A stretch of DNA of 64,000 nucleotides from Candidatus Moraniibacteriota bacterium (GCA_963743885.1 CAVURJ010000001.1:12949-76948), one strand, 5' to 3'; counted from the stretch's first letter, positions 39,315-48,992 are shown. Notes: a model not told the origin generated them from the sequence alone. Numbers and translations: made by a program.

Positions 39315-40637
39315 ATGAACAAATTTCTTCGTTTTCTCCCAGCCGGAAGCATTTTTTTGGCAATCACCACCTTCCTCTCCTACGGGACAGGACTCTGGCG
39401 CGATCGAATATTCGCCCAGAGTTTTGGCGCATCCCGAACATTGGATGCTTACAATGCCGCTTTCTTGCTGCCTGATCTCCTTTTCAATATCTTCATCGCC
39501 AGCGGCATCGCCGCAGCTTTCGTCCCCATCGTTACCGACCTCCTGAAGTCTGATCAAAAAAGAGCCGCGGAGTACCTAAGCACAGTGATCAGTGGGGCTA
39601 CAGGAGCCATGGCCCTCTCCGCCACTCTCATTATCGTGTTCGCCGGACAAATCAGCAGCTTGGTAGCTCCAGGCTTCCAGCCGGAAGATCAGCTCATGGT
39701 GGCCAGGCTGCTCCGTACCCTCGCCCTCTCCCCCCTCCTCTTCGGCGCTTCCAACGCCTTAGGAGCGCTCCTTATCGTCAAACGACGCTTCCTCTATTAT
39801 GGACTGTCTCCGGTACTCTATAACCTCGGTATCATTTTTGGCACCCTCTTCCTCTCTTCTCGCTACGGCATCATGGGGGCGGCCTGGGGAACGCTTCTCG
39901 GAGCACTCCTCCACCTTCTCGTACGGATATTCGACGTTCTCCGTTCCGGCTTCACATGGCACTGGGGGTTTTTCCCTTCACGACCAGAATTTAAGAAGAC
40001 GCTTTCTCTTATGGTGCCCAAGATGCTCGGCCACCCAGTGGAGCTCGCTACCTTTTGGATCTTCACCATCATCGCCTCGCATCTTGAGGCGGGCTCCGTC
40101 GCCGTTCTCAATTTCGCCAGAAACTTTGCGAGTGTCCCCGTAAGCCTGATCGGCATTACCGTCGCCACCACTACCTTTCCTCTCTTGACCCAGACCCTCG
40201 CCGATGGCGCCATGAAGGCTTTCCGTAAAACACTGAGGACATCTTCCTGGATCATTTTTGGCGGAAGCGCGTTGGCAGCTGTTATTATTTTTCTCATCCG
40301 CGAGCCCCTCGTCCGCATCGTCTTGGGTGGCGGAGCATTCGACCAAGCAAGCGTCCTTCGAACCGCCCTAGTCCTAGGGGTATTCACTCTCGCTATCCCC
40401 ACCGAATCCTTGATACACCTTCTGGCCAGGGCCTTCTACGCAACCAAAAATACGCTCATTCCCGTTGTCCTCAGCCTCATCGGCCTGATTGTCGCGGTTA
40501 CCGTCGCTTTCTCTTTCACTCCGCGTCTTGGTATTATCGCTCTACCGCTTGCTTTTTTCTTGGGAAGCCTCGCCAAGCTCTCCTTCCTTCTCCTCTTTTT
40601 GCCCAGGCGCCTGCGAAAAGTAGAAAATATCACATAA
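39315..40637 (+). CDS. murJ: Lipid II flippase MurJ/MviN
   Basis: G..RD.I.A..FGA....DAY.AAF.LPD, AFVP and RAFYA.K.T..P. Confidence 0.9.
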   Translation: MNKFLRFLPAGSIFLAITTFLSYGTGLWRDRIFAQSFGASRTLDAYNAAFLLPDLLFNIFIASGIAAAFVPIVTDLLKSDQKRAAEYLSTVISGATGAMALSATLIIVFAGQISSLVAPGFQPEDQLMVARLLRTLALSPLLFGASNALGALLIVKRRFLYYGLSPVLYNLGIIFGTLFLSSRYGIMGAAWGTLLGALLHLLVRIFDVLRSGFTWHWGFFPSRPEFKKTLSLMVPKMLGHPVELATFWIFTIIASHLEAGSVAVLNFARNFASVPVSLIGITVATTTFPLLTQTLADGAMKAFRKTLRTSSWIIFGGSALAAVIIFLIREPLVRIVLGGGAFDQASVLRTALVLGVFTLAIPTESLIHLLARAFYATKNTLIPVVLSLIGLIVAVTVAFSFTPRLGIIALPLAFFLGSLAKLSFLLLFLPRRLRKVENIT

Positions 40638-40722
40638 CCTCTTCCTAGTATCCCTATCGACTACCGGTTTTTCTCTTGCTACACTATGGGCACCTTCGCT
40701 CTCCACACCACTATTCAAAACT

Positions 40723-41487
40723 ATGCGCTTTAAAAAACTGGCCATCATTCTCATTCTTCTCATAGCGATCACGGGCGGCGCGATGATGTTCTCTCTGTAT
40801 GAGAAAAGAACCGCTTCCCCGCAACCGCTCATACCTCTCTCATCCCTCCCGGAAGCCCAGCCATTTTCTCCTTCACCAAATCCCCTTCCGACCGAATCAC
40901 CCAAAGAGCTCCCGGAAAAATTTTTGCTTCAAGTCCCCTTCACTCCACAAGCCCCTACCGGAAACTGGGATGAGATGCATGGAGAGGCCTGCGAAGAGAC
41001 CAGCGCCCTCATGGCTGCTGCGTACTTTGCCGGCGATACCAGAGCGGTTTTGCCTGCAGCGGAAGTAGAGAAGCAATTGGCCGATCTGACCGCCTGGCAA
41101 GAAAAACGCTTTGGGTATTCACTGGATTCTACCGCCGAAGAAACAGCAGAGATGATTCGCTCCGTCTATCATCTCAAGACTGAGCTGGTCGCTGATTTCA
41201 CGGAACAAGATATCAAAAAAGCACTGGCCGCGGGCCACGTCATCATCGTCCCTCTAAGCGGACGCGAGCTCGGCAATCCCTACTTCCGCCAGCCCGGACC
41301 AATCTATCATATGATCGTCATCCGCGGGTATACCGAGGCAGAGCTCATCACCAACGACCCCGGGACAAAGCGCGGCGAAAACTATCCGTATTCCTTTGCC
41401 ACGATTAAGAACGCCGGCGCTGACTGGAATCATACTACTGGTACGATCGACGATGGAAAATCCATTATGATCGTCGTCTCAAAGTAA
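40723..41487 (+). CDS. C39-like cysteine peptidase family protein
   Basis: VPFTPQAP..W, ACEE, YHMIVIRGY and NDPGT; N-terminal TM. Confidence 0.85.
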   Translation: MRFKKLAIILILLIAITGGAMMFSLYEKRTASPQPLIPLSSLPEAQPFSPSPNPLPTESPKELPEKFLLQVPFTPQAPTGNWDEMHGEACEETSALMAAAYFAGDTRAVLPAAEVEKQLADLTAWQEKRFGYSLDSTAEETAEMIRSVYHLKTELVADFTEQDIKKALAAGHVIIVPLSGRELGNPYFRQPGPIYHMIVIRGYTEAELITNDPGTKRGENYPYSFATIKNAGADWNHTTGTIDDGKSIMIVVSK

Positions 41488-41497
41488 TCATCATCCT

Positions 41498-42166
41498 ATG
41501 TTTTTTCTCACGCTTCCCAGACTCCTCTTCCTCCTTCTGACACCGGTCCTCGTAACAGGAGCCGTCGTTTACGAGGTTGTGGAGAGTAAGCCCCGCCCAG
41601 CCACTTTTTCTCTTGCCGTCCCCTTCACGACCCAAGCTCCAGACGGTGTGTGGGAGAATAATGCAAACTGTGAAGAAGCGAGTGCACTCATGGTAAGCGC
41701 TTTTCTCGCGGGCGATACCAGAGAGGATATCCCTACATCTGAAGCCAAGCGCGCTCTTGACGCTCTGGTCCGCTGGGAGCGCTCCAATCTCGGTTACCAT
41801 GTCGACACCGGTATCGGAGAGATAGGCGCGATGATAGAGGCAAATTTTGATCTTACGACCGAAGAGCTCGTCGACTTCACGGAAGATGATTTGAAACAAG
41901 AACTCCTCGAAAATCATGTCATCATTCTTCCAGTCAATCTGAAGCTTCTCGGAAGTGCAAAGTACCAAGGAGCAGGCAATGATTACCACGTCGTCGTCAT
42001 CCGAGGGTATACAGAGACCGACTTTGTAGTGAATGACCCCGGGACCACCAGCGGCAAAAATAATCTCTACTCATTTGCCACGATCCAAAGCGCTGCTGCT
42101 GATTGGGACAATGCAAACCGAAAACTGAACTCGGACAGGAAAGCAGTTCTTGTCGTTTCAAAGTAG
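41498..42166 (+). CDS. C39-like cysteine peptidase family protein (tandem paralog)
   Basis: VPFTTQAP..W, NCEE, YHVVVIRGY and NDPGT; both genes end in (V)VSK. Confidence 0.85.
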   Translation: MFFLTLPRLLFLLLTPVLVTGAVVYEVVESKPRPATFSLAVPFTTQAPDGVWENNANCEEASALMVSAFLAGDTREDIPTSEAKRALDALVRWERSNLGYHVDTGIGEIGAMIEANFDLTTEELVDFTEDDLKQELLENHVIILPVNLKLLGSAKYQGAGNDYHVVVIRGYTETDFVVNDPGTTSGKNNLYSFATIQSAAADWDNANRKLNSDRKAVLVVSK

Positions 42167-42344
42167 CTCTGCTCTCATCGTCCTTGCCCCACTTCTTGGA
42201 TACTCGCCCACCCTACTCGATACAAACAAAAACAGCACCTTCTTGGGTGCTGTTTTTACTTACTACTCCACATGTTGGACGAAGTAAGAACCTATATATT
42301 GAGAGAATCGAGCAATAAAATCCAGGCCTAAGACTTTTATTCTA

Positions 42345-42611
42345 CTAATTTTCGGGAATTGAGATAACACCAGCTTTAAAGCCAAAAAAACTAAACATCT
42401 CCTCATTAAGACTCTCCACGCCCTTATCATCGTTTTGTTTAACCCGCTCCCTTTCCAATAGCTGCGTAGTGAACCCTTTCTTTGAAAAAAGAAAACCACC
42501 TTCAATCAAGTTTTTCGTATCAAAAGGCATCTGTCCATCAGGCCCAGTGTTTCTTACAACATAGGGACTTTCCAGGTACCTACTATCTTGCTCTCTGTTT
42601 ATAGTATTCAT
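42345..42611 (-). CDS. Hypothetical protein
   Basis: 88-aa ORF starting 2 bp after the protease stop. Confidence 0.55.
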   Translation of the reverse strand: MNTINREQDSRYLESPYVVRNTGPDGQMPFDTKNLIEGGFLFSKKGFTTQLLERERVKQNDDKGVESLNEEMFSFFGFKAGVISIPEN

Positions 42612-42613
42612 AG

Positions 42614-43750
42614 CTATATAGTTGGTGTTGAAACAGGTGCTGGAAGATCAACTTTCCGCCAACCCGTATTTAATACAACTACATTACCATTAAACTGCAT
42701 ATCCAGTTTTCTTTGGATTAGTATTCTATTTTTTGCATAAAACTCCGATGAAACTCTCAGGCTTTCCAAGAAAGCATGTTTTAATTCTATCTCAATTGTA
42801 GGAAGAACCACGTTGAGTTGCTCTTGCATATAGTTCTGTAGCAACTGAAAAACTAATTGCTGGTTATTAGAAATCTGCGGTGGAATATTGATAGGAGGAG
42901 GCGACTGAAGAAGCGGAGCGGCATTTGGATCCCTCAGGTACTCAGCCAATGGATCAAATGGCATACGAGTCTTGATTTCTGATTCAAAATCCATGTGGAT
43001 ATCCCACATCATTTTTTCCAATTCTATGTCTGGCGTTATTACATTCAACCCTATTTCTTCTGCTTCTTTCCTTCCAAGAGCATGCCCATGGCTGAAAAAA
43101 CTCTTATTGAGCTTAGTTGCAATTGCATGAGCTTGTGATTTTTTTTCAGGGTCTATCATGTGCATTTGGAGCATTTTTTCCCCAATAGCTATCGATAATG
43201 AGGAAGAGCGTTTTGCAAAGCCAAGAGCTGTTGGCTCTACAACTTCACATAATTTCTCAAATGCACTTTTAATGTACTCCTGTTCCGTAATACCGGCCTC
43301 TTCTCGAACAAAACTTAAAAATGAAGCTACATCTTCATATCCAAACTCTTGAGTTGTACCATCTTTTTTTCTTGTTTTTATTTGTGGGTCTATTGGTCCT
43401 AAACAACCATACGGACCCATGACAATTTCATCGGCGCCAAGAGCTAAAAGAGTGGCCGCACTAAATGCTGAATGAGGTACCAAAACATTTACCTTTTTGA
43501 AGGATGAGCGGAGAAGTGAGATTACTCTCCAAGAAGTCAGGGGGTCTCCGCCGGTTGATTCTATAAGTAAGTCAATCGCAGTCTCCGGTGTCTTTGTTAT
43601 AGCCTGTATCTGATCAATAAACTCATCAATCACATCGCCTGCCATAGCCGCAGCAGCACCTCGTCTTTGAGAGGTAACATAAGTAACCAAAGGATTACCC
43701 CTCTTTGCTTCAATCTTCTTGTATAATTCAGCTCTTTCTGCAATTGCCAT
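42614..43750 (-). CDS. ClpP-class (SDH_sah/SppA-like) serine protease
   Basis: IDLLIESTGGD, VLVP..AFSAATLLALGADEIVM...LGPIDPQ and FSHG..LGR.EA. Confidence 0.85.
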   Translation of the reverse strand: MAIAERAELYKKIEAKRGNPLVTYVTSQRRGAAAAMAGDVIDEFIDQIQAITKTPETAIDLLIESTGGDPLTSWRVISLLRSSFKKVNVLVPHSAFSAATLLALGADEIVMGPYGCLGPIDPQIKTRKKDGTTQEFGYEDVASFLSFVREEAGITEQEYIKSAFEKLCEVVEPTALGFAKRSSSLSIAIGEKMLQMHMIDPEKKSQAHAIATKLNKSFFSHGHALGRKEAEEIGLNVITPDIELEKMMWDIHMDFESEIKTRMPFDPLAEYLRDPNAAPLLQSPPPINIPPQISNNQQLVFQLLQNYMQEQLNVVLPTIEIELKHAFLESLRVSSEFYAKNRILIQRKLDMQFNGNVVVLNTGWRKVDLPAPVSTPTI

Positions 43751-43811
43751 GTAGATTCTTTAGTAATTGAATTATACCGAAATGTAGTGTAAAGTAAAGT
43801 GAAGTGAAAAT

Positions 43812-43991
43812 ATGGAAATGAAAGATGCTTTTTACACTACAGAAGAACTGGCAACTAAGCTAAAGCTGAATGTCATGACGATTTACCGCTATATTAAAGC
43901 CGGAAAGTTAAAAGCCCATAAAATCGGCAAAGAGTACCGAATTGACCGGATCGAATTCGAAAGATTCATAAAAAGCACGGAAACGAAATGA
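43812..43991 (+). CDS. Excisionase-like (HTH_17) DNA-binding protein, 59 aa, absent from the ORF track
   Basis: Hand translation MEMKDAFYTTEELATKLKLNVMTIYRYIKAGKLKAHKIGKEYRIDRIEFERFIKSTETK; ATGA overlap with the next gene. Confidence 0.88.
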   Translation: MEMKDAFYTTEELATKLKLNVMTIYRYIKAGKLKAHKIGKEYRIDRIEFERFIKSTETK

Positions 43992-45673
43992 GCAAGAAAA
44001 CTCAGACTCAAAAAATTCTACCATGGGAAAACGGCGAGTTAGAAACTCTTCTTCAGGGATTAATTGCTCATGGGTCGGAAGTAGCAAAAGTAGATTTCAA
44101 AACAGAAATCGCAATCAACACTCCGGAACAAAAGGCTGACCTACTCAAAGACATCATTGCTATTGCTAACACCTATGACGATAACTATGACGATCATGGG
44201 TTTATTATTTATGGAGTGAAAGCAAAAACTATAACCGGCATTTCTCAAACAGAAGTTGACGTTGATAAATTTCAAAACAACATAGAACAGCTTCTCAAAA
44301 CATATATCTCCCCAATGCCACAGATATATGTAATCGGGTTTGAAACCGCCTCTGGAGAAAAATGGGGGGCTATTGTGATACCTCCACGCAATAGCAAGCC
44401 ACACATGTTTTTCAAGGAATTATCTTGCCAAGATAAATCACGTATGCGAAGGAAAGGCGAATGGTTCGTTCGCCGAGGATCAACAACCGACCCGGGCCTT
44501 CCAGAAGATCTCGCTATTATCACTCAAAAACAGATAGAGCTAAGCCTCGAGCCATTACGAGACAGTATCCGAAGTCTTCAGATTCGTATTGCCAAAACAG
44601 AAGAACAGTACAACAGCGCCTTATTCAAACTGGTTGAGCGCGCACTTTCAGCTCTTCCAGAAAGTACTCAAAGCAGGTCGGAAGAGAAAAAAGAGGAAAT
44701 TGGCTCTGATATTGAAATAGCTCTTGGAATGGATCTTCCCGCTCGCCTCAAGCAAAAACTAAAAACTCCGACGGATAAAATAGCTGAGGACCTGATAACG
44801 GAAGCGAAAAAGATTCGTGAAATGATTGATGGTCCATCTTCTGGTATCCCCTGGACACCACAACCCAACAACCCCGATGAAAACAAACGAATTATTAACG
44901 AACTTGAAGAAAAAACCCGGGCCTTCCAAATATCAGTAGCAACAATCCTTCTAAACGATCATAAGGGTATTTATACCGATGCTCTTTTGCGTGCGATAAA
45001 AATACTCGCAAGAATGGTAGATGTGCCCAATGGCATTGCCTTTAATAGGATTGGTACGGCACTAAGATACTATCCGCTCGGATTGATTATATATACGATC
45101 TTTATTTTTGGAGTTGCTGCAAATAAGCCAGAAATACTAAGAAAGGTACTTGATCTTCCGGTAAAAGGCCGTCGAGCAGGCACAAGTGCGCACATAACAG
45201 ATATTTTCTTTTTTTGGTATGAGGCAAAGGCTCTGTTCAATGACGCATTTGCTCAAAGGTGGTGCGAACCAATAGGCCAAAGGATACGGCAAGTAATGAC
45301 TGACCATGTCAGTGATTTGCTTACTGAACTTACCGAACCAGAGTATTTTTTCAGAGGCGAATTTGTTCTCGCATTAACGCGCATTGATAAACTAACCGGG
45401 GACGGCGAAAATATTGATCGCAGGGTGCCCTTGCCAGGTCTCTACCTCTACCTTAATGAAGTACACGATATCGTAACTGATTTTCTTATCGAACATCCCA
45501 GCTGGTTTGAAAAATTCTATACTCAACCAATAAGCGAAATTCTTGATACATTTGACTGCAATGCAGATAAAATGGTCTCTCCGGGTTGCTTTGGTTCAGG
45601 GCTTCATAGCCTCAAAACCTCAAAAATATACCAGGACTCGTTACAAAAAAAGACTGTGGCGGCGCCAAAATAG
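43988..45673 (+). CDS. Schlafen/AlbA_2 domain protein with unknown C-terminal region
   Basis: E...VDFK, KDIIAIANT....GFIIYGV and WFVRRGS; central coiled coil. Confidence 0.8.
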   Translation: MSKKTQTQKILPWENGELETLLQGLIAHGSEVAKVDFKTEIAINTPEQKADLLKDIIAIANTYDDNYDDHGFIIYGVKAKTITGISQTEVDVDKFQNNIEQLLKTYISPMPQIYVIGFETASGEKWGAIVIPPRNSKPHMFFKELSCQDKSRMRRKGEWFVRRGSTTDPGLPEDLAIITQKQIELSLEPLRDSIRSLQIRIAKTEEQYNSALFKLVERALSALPESTQSRSEEKKEEIGSDIEIALGMDLPARLKQKLKTPTDKIAEDLITEAKKIREMIDGPSSGIPWTPQPNNPDENKRIINELEEKTRAFQISVATILLNDHKGIYTDALLRAIKILARMVDVPNGIAFNRIGTALRYYPLGLIIYTIFIFGVAANKPEILRKVLDLPVKGRRAGTSAHITDIFFFWYEAKALFNDAFAQRWCEPIGQRIRQVMTDHVSDLLTELTEPEYFFRGEFVLALTRIDKLTGDGENIDRRVPLPGLYLYLNEVHDIVTDFLIEHPSWFEKFYTQPISEILDTFDCNADKMVSPGCFGSGLHSLKTSKIYQDSLQKKTVAAPK

Positions 45674-45883
45674 CGTTAGACACAAATAATCGAGCTCTGC
45701 GAGACAAAAATAGAGACAGTAGGGTAAGTTTAGTGTGGTTTTCAAAAAGCAGAAAAGGGGCCAGGTACTTTTTTTTAGGCTTCCCTTACAATTGTACTCC
45801 CTCCAACAAAAAAACACACCCTTACGGATGTGTCTTTTCTTTATGCTCCGGCGATAGGATTCGAACCTATGACCAAGTGATTA

Positions 45884-46425
45884 CATGTGATCCTCTTGTT
45901 TCCAAGACGCATGGACTATATCATCTCCATCGCACATTGCATTAGGAGTGAGGCGCTTCGACTTTTTGCAAAGCCTACTCTCTTGCGAGATAGTCTCTGA
46001 ACCTTCCCTCTCGGGCTTGGCTGCTGATTACCATAATCGCGCTGAACGATCTTAGGCTTCCAGCAATTCACCTCATTTATCACTTTCGGATTTCTCCGAA
46101 AGGCTGCGTAGTTTTTCATGCTCCTCCCTGTGGCAATTCGCGCATATCAGGGTGCATTTTTTCAGTTCTTTCTCAATCCGCTCCCAACTTCTTGTCAGGC
46201 CATCTTGAGATATACCGAAATCTTTCCTTCCATCAATATGATGGAATTCAAGAGCACCGAAACAGCGATTATACCCACAGCGGGAGCATTTTCCGCCTTT
46301 GTATTCGATAGCGCGCAGTCGCATCATCTTACGACGCTTTGCAACGGCCCGCTTCAAATACTCTCGACGGTCAGCATAGGTTCTTGTGTCTGGCATACAT
46401 AAATAAGTATACCACACATGTTTCC
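45884..46425 (-). mobile_element. Group I self-splicing intron (542 nt) in the tRNA-Asn anticodon
   Basis: Core elements P AATTGCTGGAA, Q AATCAGCAGCC, R GTTCAGAGACTA and S ATGATATAGTCC; the 5' exon ends in U and the intron ends in G. Confidence 0.92.
46073..46396 (-). CDS. Intron-encoded HNH homing endonuclease
   Basis: GGKCSRCGY, LEFHH.D and C.LICANCHREEH. Confidence 0.88.
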   Translation of the reverse strand: MPDTRTYADRREYLKRAVAKRRKMMRLRAIEYKGGKCSRCGYNRCFGALEFHHIDGRKDFGISQDGLTRSWERIEKELKKCTLICANCHREEHEKLRSLSEKSESDK

Positions 46426-46618
46426 ACAGTCACCTGCTCTACCACTGAGCTACGCCGGAATATTCTGTTGTCAAATCGCCCTTTTGGACGATGGCGTCAT
46501 TGTACGCGAAAAGAAAGAAAAAGGCAAGAGAAAGCCCCTGCTTCGCACGGAAGACAGGGGACTTGAGAGATCGGGAAACGTTACCCGAAGGCGAGAACGA
46601 CTTGACCGTGAACAGGTA

Positions 46619-46939
46619 TCAAATCGGCAGCGGCCGTTGACCGAAATTCATCGGGAAAAACGGCGCCACTTCCGGCTGATAAGCATCGTCGCCGAGGGCA
46701 GACTTGAGGACGAACGACGGCTCATCGGATACGGCGCCGGCCATGCACGCGAGCGTCTTTTCGGCTTCAACCGTATTGAGCTTCTGAAGCGCGTATCCGG
46801 TATGGACGATCACATAGTCACCGACCCTGATACCGTCAACCAATGCGAGTGAAACCTCTTTCTGCACGCCATCCATGTCGACGATGGCGCCACCGCCGGC
46901 CGTCAGACTGGCTACTTTCACAGGTATTGCGAGACACAT
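46619..46939 (-). CDS. hypC: Hydrogenase maturation chaperone HypC
   Basis: MCLAIP N-terminus and VGDYVIVHTGYA. Confidence 0.93.
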   Translation of the reverse strand: MCLAIPVKVASLTAGGGAIVDMDGVQKEVSLALVDGIRVGDYVIVHTGYALQKLNTVEAEKTLACMAGAVSDEPSFVLKSALGDDAYQPEVAPFFPMNFGQRPLPI

Positions 46940-47031
46940 GATGTGCTCCTTTTCGTAAGAACTACAGGGAAAATACCCTTCTGAAGCTAGTATATCAAAT
47001 CCCCTGTTTTTCCGATATACTATGAAAAGTC

Positions 47032-47095
47032 CTGGATTCCCGCCTTCGCGGGAATGACAGAAGAATAAAACTAACGAATCCGCCAGCTGGCGGAT
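47032..47095. repeat. REP-like palindromes
   Basis: CTGGATTCCCGCCTTCGCGGGAATGACA (47032-47059) and ATCCGCCAGCTGGCGGAT (47078-47095, identical core at 13447-13464). Confidence 0.75.
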
Positions 47096-47115
47096 AAAAA
47101 GCTACAAGCTACCGT

Positions 47116-47496
47116 ATGATTATCCACATCTTTGGCAACCCGGACCTCCCCGAGGATGCTCTCCCGGTCCGGCTCATGCCACGCCTCGAAGCCGCCTTCC
47201 CAGATATCCGCTTCCGCCTGACCGACCCCAATGAGCTCGATCTGCCGAAGCCCGGCGAAGATTTCCTCGCCATCGATACGGTCGATGGACTGAAAGACGT
47301 CCGTGAGATCGGCGTCGATGAGATCGCGGCACAGAAAGCCCGCTCCACCGCCCATGACTACGACTTCGCTTCCTGGCTCCTCCTCGCACAGAAGCTCCGT
47401 CCCGGGCTCCATGCCCACATCATCGGCATCCCCATGGAGACCGATGAAGCATCAGCTCTTGCCGAGCTCATCCCGCTGATCAAACAGCTCGACTAA
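47116..47496 (+). CDS. Hydrogenase maturation protease-like protein (HybD/HycI-like)
   Basis: IFGNP....D, IDTV and STAHD motifs; adjacent to the hydrogenase genes. Confidence 0.7.
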   Translation: MIIHIFGNPDLPEDALPVRLMPRLEAAFPDIRFRLTDPNELDLPKPGEDFLAIDTVDGLKDVREIGVDEIAAQKARSTAHDYDFASWLLLAQKLRPGLHAHIIGIPMETDEASALAELIPLIKQLD

Positions 47497-47565
47497 AAGA
47501 CAAAGCCGCCCTCCGATGTGTTGGGCGGTTTTTTCATGTGCTTTGAATTACGAAACCCTTTTTTC

Positions 47566-47629
47566 TGTCATTCCGGCCTCCGAGCCGGAATCTAGAAGAA
47601 CTGGATCCCGGGTCAAGCCCGGGATGACA
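47566..47629. repeat. Inverted REP doublet (REPIN/BIME-like)
   Basis: TGTCATTCCGGC..GCCGGAATCTAG facing CTGGATCCCGGG..CCCGGGATGACA. Confidence 0.78.
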
Positions 47630-47645
47630 AAGATAAACTAGGTTA

Positions 47646-48947
47646 CTATATCTCTCTCAGCTTGAGCTTGAGGAAATGCGAAGCGCAGCTCATGCACGGA
47701 TCATAAGCACGGATGATCTTCTCGCACTCGAGCGAAAGTGCATCATGATCCATCGAAAGATTCTCCTGGATGAACTTGCCGAGGTCGGCCTCGATTGTGA
47801 TCTGGTTCTGACCGGTCGGAACAATCACCTCGCCGCGAAGCACTACGCCCTTCTCATCGGTCTCATACTTGTGATAGAGCGTACCGCGCGGCGCTTCGAC
47901 GACGCCGACGCAGACCGTCGCCTTGGGCACGACATGCTGGAGCGGCTCCTTGACGAATGTCCACTTCGAAAGAATGTCCAACGCCTCATCCACGCTATGA
48001 AGCATCGCGATCGCCTGGGCGAGATTGTTGTGATAGACATCGTGCGATGGGAACTTCTTGAGCGCCTCTGCGGCATCACGACGGGTGTCTGGATGAAGCG
48101 TCTCTTGTGAGAGATTGATGCGCGCGAGCGCGCCCACGCGATACGCCTGACCATCAAACTTGTAACCGGACGCTTCCGAATACGGGATAACGACACGCTC
48201 GAGATGGTCGCGATAACCGCTCTCATCAGCCACTTTTCCGTTCATATCCCAGAGCTCGCCTTCGAAATAGGAAAACGGATTGGCCTTGAGCGCGATGTAG
48301 TTGGTCTCGCGCACCAGCGAGAATGGGCAGTTCATGAAGATATCGATGGCACGAAGCACCGCCGGACGGATTTCCTTGAGCTCTTCGATCGAGTGTTTCA
48401 TCTCCTCCGCCTCCGGCACGTGCGCGAAACCGCCCGGCATAAGAAACGGCGCATGCACGCTCCGGCCGCCAGCCAAGATCGCTAGATGATTGCCAGCTCC
48501 CTTGATCTCAAAGGCGTCATGAAGTACCTGGTGCTCGGCCGGGTCGCTCTCATCAAACTCAAGGAGCGAATCCTTGCCGTACATATCCGGCATCACGAAC
48601 ATATACAGATGGAGCGCGTGGTCGCGGAGGATGAGACCATGGTACGTGAGGGCACGGAGCGCCTTGGTCTGTTCGGTCGGTACGAGGCCGAAACCTTTCT
48701 CGATCGCCTCGATGCTTGCCATGAGATGCGCATTGGAACAGGTGCCGCAGATACGGGAAAGAAGCTGCGGGATGGCCATGATTGGCTTGCCGACCATCGC
48801 CTGCGTGAAGAAACGCTTGTACTCATTGATAGCGAACTGCACGGATTCTACCTTGCCGTCGCTTATGAGCACGTCGAGACCGGCCGAGCCTTCGATCTTG
48901 GTGATCTCCTTGATGCTGAACCTGCTGTGATCAGATACCTGGTGCAT
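47646..48947 (-). CDS. NiFe-hydrogenase large subunit (group 3b-related)
   Basis: KIEG, L1 RICGTC...H, EAPRGTLYH and L2 DPCMSCASH with a short C-terminal extension. Confidence 0.9.
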   Translation of the reverse strand: MHQVSDHSRFSIKEITKIEGSAGLDVLISDGKVESVQFAINEYKRFFTQAMVGKPIMAIPQLLSRICGTCSNAHLMASIEAIEKGFGLVPTEQTKALRALTYHGLILRDHALHLYMFVMPDMYGKDSLLEFDESDPAEHQVLHDAFEIKGAGNHLAILAGGRSVHAPFLMPGGFAHVPEAEEMKHSIEELKEIRPAVLRAIDIFMNCPFSLVRETNYIALKANPFSYFEGELWDMNGKVADESGYRDHLERVVIPYSEASGYKFDGQAYRVGALARINLSQETLHPDTRRDAAEALKKFPSHDVYHNNLAQAIAMLHSVDEALDILSKWTFVKEPLQHVVPKATVCVGVVEAPRGTLYHKYETDEKGVVLRGEVIVPTGQNQITIEADLGKFIQENLSMDHDALSLECEKIIRAYDPCMSCASHFLKLKLREI

Positions 48948-48992
48948 ATTACCAAAAAGTTACAAGAGACAAGTTACAAGAAACAAAAAATG

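Larger units (their letters stand above)
42266..45845. mobile_element. AT-rich genomic islet adjacent to the tRNA-Asn 3' end
   Basis: Visible compositional shift; excisionase-like HTH; accessory cargo; no integrase seen. Confidence 0.6.
45846..46459 (-). tRNA. tRNA-Asn(GTT), split: exon 1 46459-46426, exon 2 45883-45846
   Basis: Joined exons TCCGGCGTAGCTCAGTGGTAGAGCAGGTGACTGT^TAATCACTTGGTCATAGGTTCGAATCCTATCGCCGGAG form a full cloverleaf with anticodon GTT and discriminator G. Confidence 0.93.
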
